IMG/VR virus record: IMGVR_UViG_3300027771_000009
Span: 1-64,000 of that record
From: a virus
DNA length: 64,000 nt
Direction: 5' to 3' (one strand)
Shown here: piece by piece, positions 46,472-55,279 of the stretch
How positions within the stretch are numbered: the first letter of the stretch is position 1
Layout of the letters: each line of letters opens with the position of its first letter
Made by a program: the position numbers and the translations under genes
Notes under the pieces: generated by a model
What the model saw: the letters and a program-made list of their open reading frames with translations, nothing else
What the model was told of the DNA's origin: nothing
The model's database searches: none

Positions 46472-48736
46472 ATGGCAGAAAGAATTGTATCACCTGGAGT
46501 ATTTACGAGAGAAAACGATTTATCGTTCTTGGCTCAAGGTATCGGAGAGATTGGAGCAGCATTTGTAGGACCTTTTAAACAAGGACCAGCATTCGTTCCA
46601 ACAATTATTAGAACTCAATCAGAATTTGAGGATAAATTTGGTAAACCAGACGGAACTTACTACACAGAATATGCAGTACAAAACTATCTTAGAGAAGCTG
46701 GTACTGTAACAGTTGTAAGAGTAATGAGTGAAGGTGGATATACACAAACAACACCTATTGGTTTAGTTGTTAGTGGTTCATTGATTTCATCTATTCATTC
46801 AACCAACGCTGGTGATGAAGAAGTTGGATTTGGAGCATTTACTGTAAATAGTGGAACGGCATCTGGTTCGTTTGTGGTTAGTGGAAGTGGTATCGGAAAC
46901 GTATCATCATCATTAAAACCATCAGACACTAATGATGTTAGTGATGTATTTGGTGAATCACCATTTGGTTCAAAGGATGGATATGTATATTCTTACTTTG
47001 AGAATGTAGCAACATCAGCTGATTATTCAGGTGGAGTATCTGCGGTAGTATTACCATCGCAAGTATTTGGAGGCGCTTCGGCAGCATCTACACCATTTGT
47101 AAAATCACAATTGATTTCTGGTGTAAGAAGTGAATTATTTAAGTTCCATACGTTGGGTTATGGTACTAATGAAAATAAAAGATTTAAAGTATCTATCTCA
47201 AACGTAAAAGCAGCCGGAGAAGATGGTGGAACTGATTACTCATCGTTCTCAGTAACTATTAGAGGATTCGCTGATACTGATAAGAGAAAAGTTGTATTAG
47301 AATCATTTAATAACGTAAACTTAGACCCAGCATCACCTAATTTCATCGCAAGAAGAATTGGTGATATGTATAGAACAATTGATTCTAATGGTAAGGTTAC
47401 CGATAATGGTGATTGGTTAAATAACTCTAAATACCTAAGAGTGGAAGTTAAAGCAGAAGGTTCATACCCTGTTTCAGCTGCACCTTTCGGACATGGAGCT
47501 TATTCTAACCCTATTAAAGCTACGGATGCAACTATTATACCTGCAGCTGTTTACCAAACAAACTCATCAGATAATACTGCTGGTTCATCAGCAAAATATG
47601 CTGGTTTCGATTTCGAAACAATTGGTGTAAAAGGAGATAACGCTCATTATTTGAACGCAATCCCAACAACATCTGGAGTTGGTAACAACGTAGATTTCGG
47701 ATTTGATTCTCAACTATCTTATGTAATGAGTGGTTCAGATTCTTCTGATATGGTTAAGAGACAGTTTACTTTAGGATTCCAAGAAGGTTTTGATGGAAAA
47801 TCTCCATCTATTCCAAATAACTTAGGAGCAGATATAAATGGAGCTAACACTCAAGGGTTTGATTGTTCAACTTCAGTATCAGCTGGTTCGGTAGGATACA
47901 TTAAAGCATTGAACGCAATTTCAAATGTGGATGAGTATGATATCAATATGTTGGTAACACCAGGTATTGTTAGAAAATTCCACCCATCAGTAACTACAAA
48001 AGCAATTGATGTTTGTGAAGCTCGTTCTGATGCATTTTACATCGCTGATTTCAACGGAGTTAGTGATACTATAAGTGAAGCAACTACTCAATCATCGGCA
48101 GTAGATACAAACTACGCAGCATCTTATTACCCTTGGGTTAAGACTGTTGATAGTAATACTAACAAACTAATTTCAGTTCCACCATCAGTATTGATGCCGG
48201 CTGTATTCGCAGCGAATGACGCTATCGGAGCAGAATGGTTCGCACCTGCTGGTTTGAATAGAGGTGGTATTGTTGGAGCAGTTAGTGTATTGAATAGATT
48301 AACACACTCTGAAAGAGATACTTTATATGAAAACAAAGTAAATCCAATCGCTTCTTTCCCTGGGCAAGGTATTGTAGCATTTGGACAGAAAACGTTGCAA
48401 GATAAAGCATCGGCATTGGATAGAATCAACGTAAGAAGATTACTAATCACTGTTAAGAAGTTTGTGGCATCTACATCTCGATTCTTAGTATTTGAACAAA
48501 ATACGGCTCAGACAAGAGGTAGATTCATAAATACTGTACAACCTTACTTAGAAGCAATTCAACAAAGACAAGGGTTATACGCATTTAAAGTAGTAATGGA
48601 TGAATCTAATAACGGCGCTGATGTTGTTGATAGAAACATACTTGCTGGACAAATATTCTTACAACCGGCTAAGACCGCTGAATTCATTGTAATAGATTTC
48701 AACATCTTACCAACTGGAGCAGCTTTTTCAGCATAA
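46472..48736 (+). CDS. gp18: Contractile tail sheath protein
   Basis: MAERIVSPGVFTRENDLS start, WFAPAGLNRG, GQKTLQ..SALDRINVRRL, IFLQPAKTAEFI. Confidence 0.95.
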   Translation: MAERIVSPGVFTRENDLSFLAQGIGEIGAAFVGPFKQGPAFVPTIIRTQSEFEDKFGKPDGTYYTEYAVQNYLREAGTVTVVRVMSEGGYTQTTPIGLVVSGSLISSIHSTNAGDEEVGFGAFTVNSGTASGSFVVSGSGIGNVSSSLKPSDTNDVSDVFGESPFGSKDGYVYSYFENVATSADYSGGVSAVVLPSQVFGGASAASTPFVKSQLISGVRSELFKFHTLGYGTNENKRFKVSISNVKAAGEDGGTDYSSFSVTIRGFADTDKRKVVLESFNNVNLDPASPNFIARRIGDMYRTIDSNGKVTDNGDWLNNSKYLRVEVKAEGSYPVSAAPFGHGAYSNPIKATDATIIPAAVYQTNSSDNTAGSSAKYAGFDFETIGVKGDNAHYLNAIPTTSGVGNNVDFGFDSQLSYVMSGSDSSDMVKRQFTLGFQEGFDGKSPSIPNNLGADINGANTQGFDCSTSVSAGSVGYIKALNAISNVDEYDINMLVTPGIVRKFHPSVTTKAIDVCEARSDAFYIADFNGVSDTISEATTQSSAVDTNYAASYYPWVKTVDSNTNKLISVPPSVLMPAVFAANDAIGAEWFAPAGLNRGGIVGAVSVLNRLTHSERDTLYENKVNPIASFPGQGIVAFGQKTLQDKASALDRINVRRLLITVKKFVASTSRFLVFEQNTAQTRGRFINTVQPYLEAIQQRQGLYAFKVVMDESNNGADVVDRNILAGQIFLQPAKTAEFIVIDFNILPTGAAFSA

Positions 48737-48756
48737 ACTAAAAATAATAATTACTA

Positions 48757-48765
48757 ATATTTATT
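48757..48765 (+). promoter_or_regulatory. Putative late promoter (ATATTTATT variant)
   Basis: One mismatch to the recurrent motif; 26 nt before the tube gene. Confidence 0.5.
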
Positions 48766-48790
48766 AGTATAAAAGGAGAAAAACAAAAAA

Positions 48791-49279
48791 ATGGCAGAAG
48801 TATTAGAATTTAACGAAATGATGTTCACCAACTTCGAACCGAAGATGAAGAACCGATTTATAATGGAGATTGATGGAATTCAATCTTACCTTATAAAAAC
48901 TGCGGCAAGACCTTCAATCAACTTCGAAACTGTGAAACTAGACCATATCAATACTTACCGCAAATTGCAAGGTAAGGGAGAGTGGCAAGATATAACAATC
49001 TCACTATATGACCCAATTGTACCTTCAGGTGCACAGCAGGTTATGGAATGGGTACGTTTAGGATATGAATCTTTAACTGGTAGAAAAGGTTACGCCGATT
49101 TCTACAAAAAGGATATTGATTTTTATATGTTAGGACCTGTTGGTGATAAGATAGAGCAGTGGAAGTTAAAAGGAGCATTTATTACTTCGGCAAACTTCAA
49201 TGATTTAGATTTCTCTTCTAATGATGCAGCTGATATCGAATTAACGTTATCTTATGATTACGCGATTTTAGAATTCTAA
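48791..49279 (+). CDS. gp19: Tail tube protein
   Basis: Follows sheath; EPK..NRF, GK.EW..I...LYDPI and W.L.GAF...ELTL.YD motifs. Confidence 0.9.
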   Translation: MAEVLEFNEMMFTNFEPKMKNRFIMEIDGIQSYLIKTAARPSINFETVKLDHINTYRKLQGKGEWQDITISLYDPIVPSGAQQVMEWVRLGYESLTGRKGYADFYKKDIDFYMLGPVGDKIEQWKLKGAFITSANFNDLDFSSNDAADIELTLSYDYAILEF

Positions 49280-49305
49280 AATATAACACATATTTTATAT
49301 AATAG

Positions 49306-49336
49306 AAAGGTTCCCTTGATTGGGAACCTTTTTTTT
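49306..49336 (+). terminator. Rho-independent terminator
   Basis: aaaggttccc-ttgatt-gggaaccttt followed by a T run. Confidence 0.85.
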
Positions 49337-49355
49337 ATTCTTTTTTAACTTTTAT

Positions 49356-49364
49356 ATATTTATA
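49356..49364 (+). promoter_or_regulatory. Putative late promoter ATATTTATA
   Basis: Recurrent motif just after the terminator. Confidence 0.6.
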
Positions 49365-49386
49365 TACGAACAAATAAAGGTTAAAT

Positions 49387-50145
49387 ATGACAAAGCATGA
49401 CTTTCCAACTGAAGTGATTAGTTTACCATCTGAAGGTAAATGTTATCCTTCTACAAATCCACTTTCTTCCGGTCAAATTGAAATAAAATATATGACAGCA
49501 AGGGAAGAAGAAATACTAACATCGCAAAACTTAATCAAAAAAGGTGTAGTTTTAGATAAATTATTTGAAGCTATTATAGTTGATAAGGGTGTTAATCCAG
49601 ACGATATCATATTGGGTGATAAGAACGCTATTATGTTAGCAACTCGATTATTGGGATATGGTAAGGAATATACTGTTGAGATGTTAGATTCCGAAGAAAC
49701 CAAACATAAGGTTGTAGTTGATTTATCAACAGTACAAACAAAGGAGATTGATATAACAACTTTAAACCCAGAAAATACGTACAAATTCACAACACCATTT
49801 GGTAAAAATGAACTTGAGTTCAAATACCTAACACATGGTGATGAAAAGGCAGTTGATATTGATGTAAAGGCATTAGCTAAGTTTAATAAAGGTGGCACTT
49901 CATCAGAATTAACAACTCGATATAGATATATGATTAAATCAGTAGATGGTGAATCGGATACTAAATCAATAGTTCATTTTATAAACAATAAGTTTTTAGC
50001 TAGAGATACAAGAGCATTTAGAGATTTCGTAAAGGCAAATCAACCTGATATGAAAATGGAGTTTAACTATATAGACCCAGAATCGGGAGAAGAGGAGGTA
50101 CGCTCGATTCCTATGGGCGTAGGGTTTTTTTGGCCTTCCGAGTAA
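49387..50145 (+). CDS. Tail/baseplate hub assembly chaperone (T4 gp26-like)
   Basis: LPS.G..Y, KYMTAREEEIL, GD.NA.M...R..GYG and C-terminal FFWP; between tube and tape measure. Confidence 0.7.
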   Translation: MTKHDFPTEVISLPSEGKCYPSTNPLSSGQIEIKYMTAREEEILTSQNLIKKGVVLDKLFEAIIVDKGVNPDDIILGDKNAIMLATRLLGYGKEYTVEMLDSEETKHKVVVDLSTVQTKEIDITTLNPENTYKFTTPFGKNELEFKYLTHGDEKAVDIDVKALAKFNKGGTSSELTTRYRYMIKSVDGESDTKSIVHFINNKFLARDTRAFRDFVKANQPDMKMEFNYIDPESGEEEVRSIPMGVGFFWPSE

Positions 50146-50338
50146 CTATTCTAAGTTATTGCACACACAAATTTTTGAATTATGTTACTATGGTAATGGA
50201 TTCATTCAATCGGATGTGTATAGATTACCGGTCCACCTACGAAACTTCTACTATAAAAGTTTGTTAGATACAAAGAAAAAAGAGAAGGAATCGCAAGAGA
50301 AATCAGAAAGACAATCAAAAGTGAAGGTTAGAAAATAA
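50129..50338 (+). CDS. ATG-less 69-codon ORF, probable frameshift extension of the chaperone (gp51-like / lambda gpT-analogous)
   Basis: FGLPSNYSKLLHTQIFELCYYGNGFIQSDVYRLPVHLRNFYYKSLL...; +1 frame, opens after TAG at 50120, overlaps GGGTTTTTTTGG. Confidence 0.65.
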   Translation, partial: FGLPSNYSKLLHTQIFELCYYGNGFIQSDVYRLPVHLRNFYYKSLLDTKKKEKESQEKSERQSKVKVRK

Positions 50339-50352
50339 TCTTCACTTTTTTT
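50317..50352 (+). terminator. Rho-independent terminator
   Basis: aaaagtgaaggtta-gaaaa-taatcttcactttt plus Ts, spanning the stop of the frameshift ORF. Confidence 0.75.
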
Positions 50353-50359
50353 ATATCTA

Positions 50360-50368
50360 ATATTTATA
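50360..50368 (+). promoter_or_regulatory. Putative late promoter ATATTTATA
   Basis: Recurrent motif just after the terminator. Confidence 0.6.
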
Positions 50369-50389
50369 AGAGTACAAATAGAAACATTT

Positions 50390-50653
50390 ATGAAAATAAC
50401 AGAAAATCAAAAGAAACGATTAGTTTCAGCTGTTGCCAAACAACATAATATGAATGAAGGAATTGTAAGTACACTTCTAAAGTATGTATTGGCAAAAAAG
50501 CTTATGAGGGACCCTGATATTAAACGAATAGCTAAAAACTTAGATAAAGTAACTAAGGATGCTAGAGCTAAGTTTGATGATATGGAGGCTAAGGGTGAAG
50601 TAAAACGAACACCTGAATTAATTGCATTGAGAAAATCATTGGGTATAGAATAA
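50390..50653 (+). CDS. Hypothetical basic helical protein
   Basis: 87-aa ORF filling the gap between promoter motif and tape measure gene. Confidence 0.6.
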   Translation: MKITENQKKRLVSAVAKQHNMNEGIVSTLLKYVLAKKLMRDPDIKRIAKNLDKVTKDARAKFDDMEAKGEVKRTPELIALRKSLGIE

Positions 50654-50662
50654 TAACTACAA

Positions 50663-53179
50663 ATGGCCGATAACTTAGATAAAAACGCAGCTAAACAAAG
50701 GGAATCTATTAGATTAGAGAAAGAATACCAGGAAGCACTAAAGATGTCATCATCTTTATCTAATCAAATTACCAGTGCGTTAAGTTCCCAAGTCGATTTT
50801 AGAACTAAGTTAGGTAAAAAAGTTAAGGAGTATTATAAGGATTTGGAATCCAATATTTCTAATTTGGAATCATCGGACGATATTGCAAAGGAACTTTTAA
50901 GAATAGAAGAAGAAAAGGCTAAGGTTAGTAAAAACTACTTTGGTACAAATGAAAAGGTTGGTAAGCAAAAATTACAAGCATTAAGTATAACCGAAGAAAG
51001 TTTAAAAGTTGAACAAGGTAGGGTAGGTGCAATTGAAGAAGTTGCTAAACGAACTGAAGCATTTACTGATTCTTTAGGAAGTGGTTTAGATAGTGCTTTA
51101 TCTGGATTTGATGCAATACCTGGTATAGGTAGTTCATTAAAAAATATGGCACAGGGCCCAATTAACGGATTAAAGAGTAGTTTCAAAGAAGTTGGTAAAT
51201 CATTTACAACCAACTTCGCTACAAATTTAAGAGGTGGAGCTGGTATGATGAAATCTCTACAAATGGCCGGTGGTATCGCTGGTAAGGGTTTAATTGCTGC
51301 ATTAACCGGACCACAAGCTATTATAGCTCTTATAGTTGCCGGAATTGCAGTAGGTATAGCTAGATTTGTGGCAATAGAAGCAGCAGCTAAAAAGTTTAGA
51401 GAGGAAACTGGTTTATTAAATTCCCAAATGGGTAATTTAAAGAAGGATATAAATAGTGTATCTACATCTATGGCAGATTTGGGTGTAGATGCATCCGATG
51501 TTGCTGGAGCGGCAGCAGCTTTCTCCAATGAAATGAAGGGAACTTCTATGGCTAGTAAAGGTGTACTAACATCAATGGTTGCTATGGAAAAGAGTTTTGG
51601 GGTATCTGCCGCAACTCAAGCAAAAGTAAATAATACATTCCAATTAATGTCTGGGGCATCTGATACAACTGCCCAAAAAATGATTCAAACCACTATTGCA
51701 GCTGCAGAATTAGCTGGAGTAGCACCAGCAGCAGTTATGCAAGATATTGCAGAAAATGCTGAAGCTGGATTGATGCACTTTAGGGGTTCTACGAAAGCAT
51801 TAGCAAACGCAGCAATTGAGGCTAGGAGAATGGGTACATCTATTGGAGAAACTACTAAAGTAGCCGAAGGTTTATTAGATTTTGAATCATCAATTACAAA
51901 AGAATTGGAATTGGGTGCTATGTTGGGTACTCGTGTTAACTTCAATAAGGCAAGAGCGTTAGCATTTGAAGGTAAGACTGTTGAAGCTCAAAAAGCTGTA
52001 AACGCAGAAGTAAGTAAGTTAGGTGATATCAACAAAATGAATATGTATCAGAAGCAGGCCTTAATGGGTGCAACTAATATGGATTTAAAGAGTTTGATTA
52101 AACAACAATCAATAGCTAAAAAATTCAAAGGTATCGATGGAGACCGATTAGCAGCAGTAAATTCATTATTGGATGCTGGGATGTCAATCGAAGCTATAAG
52201 TGATAAGGCACTTGAAAACGAAGCTAAGAAATTGGGTGCACAAAAGGCAATGCAATCTGAAACTGATAAGATGGGAAATACATTTAGTGCTCTTGGGACA
52301 GCTGTATCAGATATGTTCATGCCACTTGGTACATTCTTAATGCCATTACTTAGCGATGTATTTGAAATGGTTAATAATGTTTTACTACCGGTATTTAGTA
52401 TGATAGGAACTGTGCTTAGAATTGCATTTGGAGTATTATCAGCAGTACTAAGACCTGTATTTGCTCTAATAAAAACATTAGCAGCTGCATTAATGGAACC
52501 ATTCAGAGCTATTAGTGAGGCAATTAGACCAATTGGTGATAAATTTGAAGAAATAGGTCCAAGAATATTAAAAGCTATGGCACCTGTATTATCATTCATA
52601 AAAGTATTAGGTAAAGTAATTGGTGAAATAGTTGGGTTTGTGGTTGGTGGTCTTGTAGATGGGTTTATATTCGCATTTGATATAATATTTAGTATATTTG
52701 AAGGCGCCTACAATTTTGTAGATACCTATTTAATATCACCACTTATGAGTATGATTGATATGATTCAAACGGGAATTGATGCATTAGCATCTTTAAATCC
52801 ATTTGGTAGTAGTGATGATGAACTTGTAAGTGAAGCTAGCCAACTACAATCAGGTGGAAGTATAGATGATGGTATTGTACAAGATGGTAAGATTATATCA
52901 ACACATCCAGAAGATACGTTAATAGCAACAAAAACTCCAGAAAGCTTATTTAATGAATCAACGGGTGGTGGTGTTTCTAACGTTGTAGGTGGTATTGGTG
53001 AAATGATGGGTGGTCTTTTTGGTGGTGATAGTGGTGATTCGCAAATTGGTACTAAATTGGATGAACTAATCATTGTGATGAAAGCTAACAAAGATTTTTA
53101 TATAGATGGTAAGAAAGTAACAGCATCCGTTTCAAGCACTGTTGATAAGATAGGTTCTAACTCATACGCAATAGTTTAA
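50663..53179 (+). CDS. Tape measure protein
   Basis: Ala/Gly/Met-rich helical sequence, LLDFESSI..ELE motif, amphipathic repeats, position after tube and chaperone. Confidence 0.85.
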   Translation: MADNLDKNAAKQRESIRLEKEYQEALKMSSSLSNQITSALSSQVDFRTKLGKKVKEYYKDLESNISNLESSDDIAKELLRIEEEKAKVSKNYFGTNEKVGKQKLQALSITEESLKVEQGRVGAIEEVAKRTEAFTDSLGSGLDSALSGFDAIPGIGSSLKNMAQGPINGLKSSFKEVGKSFTTNFATNLRGGAGMMKSLQMAGGIAGKGLIAALTGPQAIIALIVAGIAVGIARFVAIEAAAKKFREETGLLNSQMGNLKKDINSVSTSMADLGVDASDVAGAAAAFSNEMKGTSMASKGVLTSMVAMEKSFGVSAATQAKVNNTFQLMSGASDTTAQKMIQTTIAAAELAGVAPAAVMQDIAENAEAGLMHFRGSTKALANAAIEARRMGTSIGETTKVAEGLLDFESSITKELELGAMLGTRVNFNKARALAFEGKTVEAQKAVNAEVSKLGDINKMNMYQKQALMGATNMDLKSLIKQQSIAKKFKGIDGDRLAAVNSLLDAGMSIEAISDKALENEAKKLGAQKAMQSETDKMGNTFSALGTAVSDMFMPLGTFLMPLLSDVFEMVNNVLLPVFSMIGTVLRIAFGVLSAVLRPVFALIKTLAAALMEPFRAISEAIRPIGDKFEEIGPRILKAMAPVLSFIKVLGKVIGEIVGFVVGGLVDGFIFAFDIIFSIFEGAYNFVDTYLISPLMSMIDMIQTGIDALASLNPFGSSDDELVSEASQLQSGGSIDDGIVQDGKIISTHPEDTLIATKTPESLFNESTGGGVSNVVGGIGEMMGGLFGGDSGDSQIGTKLDELIIVMKANKDFYIDGKKVTASVSSTVDKIGSNSYAIV

Positions 53180-53183
53180 GATT

Positions 53184-54980
53184 ATGCCAACATTACAAGA
53201 ATTATTTAAAACTAAACAATTACCATCTCAGAATGGTAAGACTGCCGAAGAGGCTTATGATATCCAAAATTCAAAGGATATCCGTATTTCATCGTCTGAC
53301 CCCTTAGTAAATAATACTGGATTTGCGGCAGCAAGATTGTTAAGAAAAGGATTAGGTGTAAGAGGGAGTGAAACTCTCTTAGAAGAAGAGGTAGTAGGTG
53401 TAAGAATCATACGAGGATTATCAATCCCAGTTATATATGGTTCGGATTTACCAAGACTCCTACTTAGAACTACTCCATTATTAGATGCAATGAAATCTAA
53501 TGCAGGTGGTACTGAAGGTGATGGTGGATTAATTGGTGGAGCAATCTCAGGAGCAACCGCAGCAGTTAGTAAATTTTTAGGATTACCACAAACTATAATA
53601 CCAACCAGAGTACATAAATACGAAAAAGTTGGAGGCTTAGAGAAATTTAATAGAAAGGGTGAAACTCAAAATATAATGGTTGAGTTGGCTAAGATTAAAC
53701 AATCTGGTGAAGGTTCTCTATTAGGTAAATTCTTAAAAGATGGTGGTGGTGGAAACCTTAAAACTATTGGTAAGCAAGCAGTTGGTGGAGCAATCAATTT
53801 ATTAAAAGATAAAATAAGAGGTAAATTATTTGGAGACCGTTCAAAGACTGGATTCAACACAGCTGGCTCAAATAAAGATGGTTCAAATACAAGTGTAAAC
53901 TATGGTAGTTATGATAATGAACTTGGTGTAACTATTAAGACCAACAAAGAAACTGGTGTAAGAGATGTAGGTGGTTTGATGTATTCAAAAACATTTAACC
54001 TAACCTTCAGAGATGATGATGAGCCTGGTAAATTAAACTTCATAGATTCAACTGATGAAGGTGAAGGTGGATTAGCAGCTAAAACCCCACAAGTAGTAAA
54101 ACGTAGATTACAGGTACCCTCTATAATGGGTTTACCAGCCGATGAATATGACCTACCATTATATAGTACGTTGTATAACACAATTGTAAGAAAAACGATT
54201 GAGGATGCTGCAAATGAAGATGGTACCCTTAAAGAAACTGAAAAAGTTGGGTTTAAATCAATCGATGAGGCAATTGATGAGGGTGAAGAAAATAGTGCTA
54301 TTTTTGGTGAAAACGGAACACAAAAGTTTACTGATAAGTTAGAATTAACAATTGAACGAAATCGATTATCACCTGAAATTGATAAAGAAGGTAAATCATT
54401 AGTTAGTAAATACAAAATTGATACTAAATCAGATGGTGTTAATCAATTAGCAGTTGGTAGTGAAGATGATGCTTTAGATGTAGCACCCTTAAAATTTAAA
54501 TCAATCGCTGGTGGAAAGACTGTTCAATTTAGACCAACCATAAGTGGATTAAGTGAAACCTTATCTCCATCTTGGGATAGTAATAAATTTGTGGGTAACC
54601 CATTTAGTTATCATACATACAGTGGTATTGAACGAAGTATTAGTTTTAACTTTAAAGTGTTTTCTTTAAATTTAGATGAGCATAAAATAGCATGGGATAA
54701 ATTAAACTTTCTAACAGGATTAGTTTACCCACAATACTATTTTGATAATTCAGCAGTAGCACCACCATTTATTCAATTTACATTGGGTGATTTATATAAA
54801 AATAAATATTCATTTATAGATTCATTATCATACACATTTGATGATAGTACTCCTTGGGAAATTGATGAGAAGAATTTTAGATTACCTATGGTTATAGATG
54901 TAGCAGTAGGATTGAAATTTTTAGAAAGTAGAGGAAATACTTCTGGTAAGAAATTCTATTCATTTGACGTAACAACATAA
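53184..54980 (+). CDS. Baseplate / tail-tube initiator protein (gp48/gp54-like C-terminal domain)
   Basis: QFR..ISGLSE..SPSW....VG......Y.G.ERSISF.F and PP....TLGDLY...PWEI motifs; follows tape measure. Confidence 0.6.
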   Translation: MPTLQELFKTKQLPSQNGKTAEEAYDIQNSKDIRISSSDPLVNNTGFAAARLLRKGLGVRGSETLLEEEVVGVRIIRGLSIPVIYGSDLPRLLLRTTPLLDAMKSNAGGTEGDGGLIGGAISGATAAVSKFLGLPQTIIPTRVHKYEKVGGLEKFNRKGETQNIMVELAKIKQSGEGSLLGKFLKDGGGGNLKTIGKQAVGGAINLLKDKIRGKLFGDRSKTGFNTAGSNKDGSNTSVNYGSYDNELGVTIKTNKETGVRDVGGLMYSKTFNLTFRDDDEPGKLNFIDSTDEGEGGLAAKTPQVVKRRLQVPSIMGLPADEYDLPLYSTLYNTIVRKTIEDAANEDGTLKETEKVGFKSIDEAIDEGEENSAIFGENGTQKFTDKLELTIERNRLSPEIDKEGKSLVSKYKIDTKSDGVNQLAVGSEDDALDVAPLKFKSIAGGKTVQFRPTISGLSETLSPSWDSNKFVGNPFSYHTYSGIERSISFNFKVFSLNLDEHKIAWDKLNFLTGLVYPQYYFDNSAVAPPFIQFTLGDLYKNKYSFIDSLSYTFDDSTPWEIDEKNFRLPMVIDVAVGLKFLESRGNTSGKKFYSFDVTT

Positions 54981-54985
54981 ATATA

Positions 54986-55276
54986 ATGGCGAGTAGATAT
55001 AAAAATAATGAAATAAAAAACACTAATGATGGTAGGAGAGTATATCGTTCTAAGATATATCCTCAGATACCATTAAGAGATGATGATAAATATGTAGCTA
55101 GTGAAACTGGTGATAGATTAGATACACTTGCTTATCAGTATTATGATGATGCATCACTTTGGTGGATTATTGCATCTGCAAATAACATACACAATGCACC
55201 ATTTGGATTAACCGATGGTACAATTCTAAGAATACCACAAAACTATATACAAATATTATCAAACTTCAACCAATAA
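54986..55276 (+). CDS. LysM-fold baseplate protein (gp53 / tail X-like)
   Basis: GDRLDTLAYQYYDDASLWWIIASANNI...G.ILRIP. Confidence 0.85.
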   Translation: MASRYKNNEIKNTNDGRRVYRSKIYPQIPLRDDDKYVASETGDRLDTLAYQYYDDASLWWIIASANNIHNAPFGLTDGTILRIPQNYIQILSNFNQ

Positions 55277-55279
55277 GTT

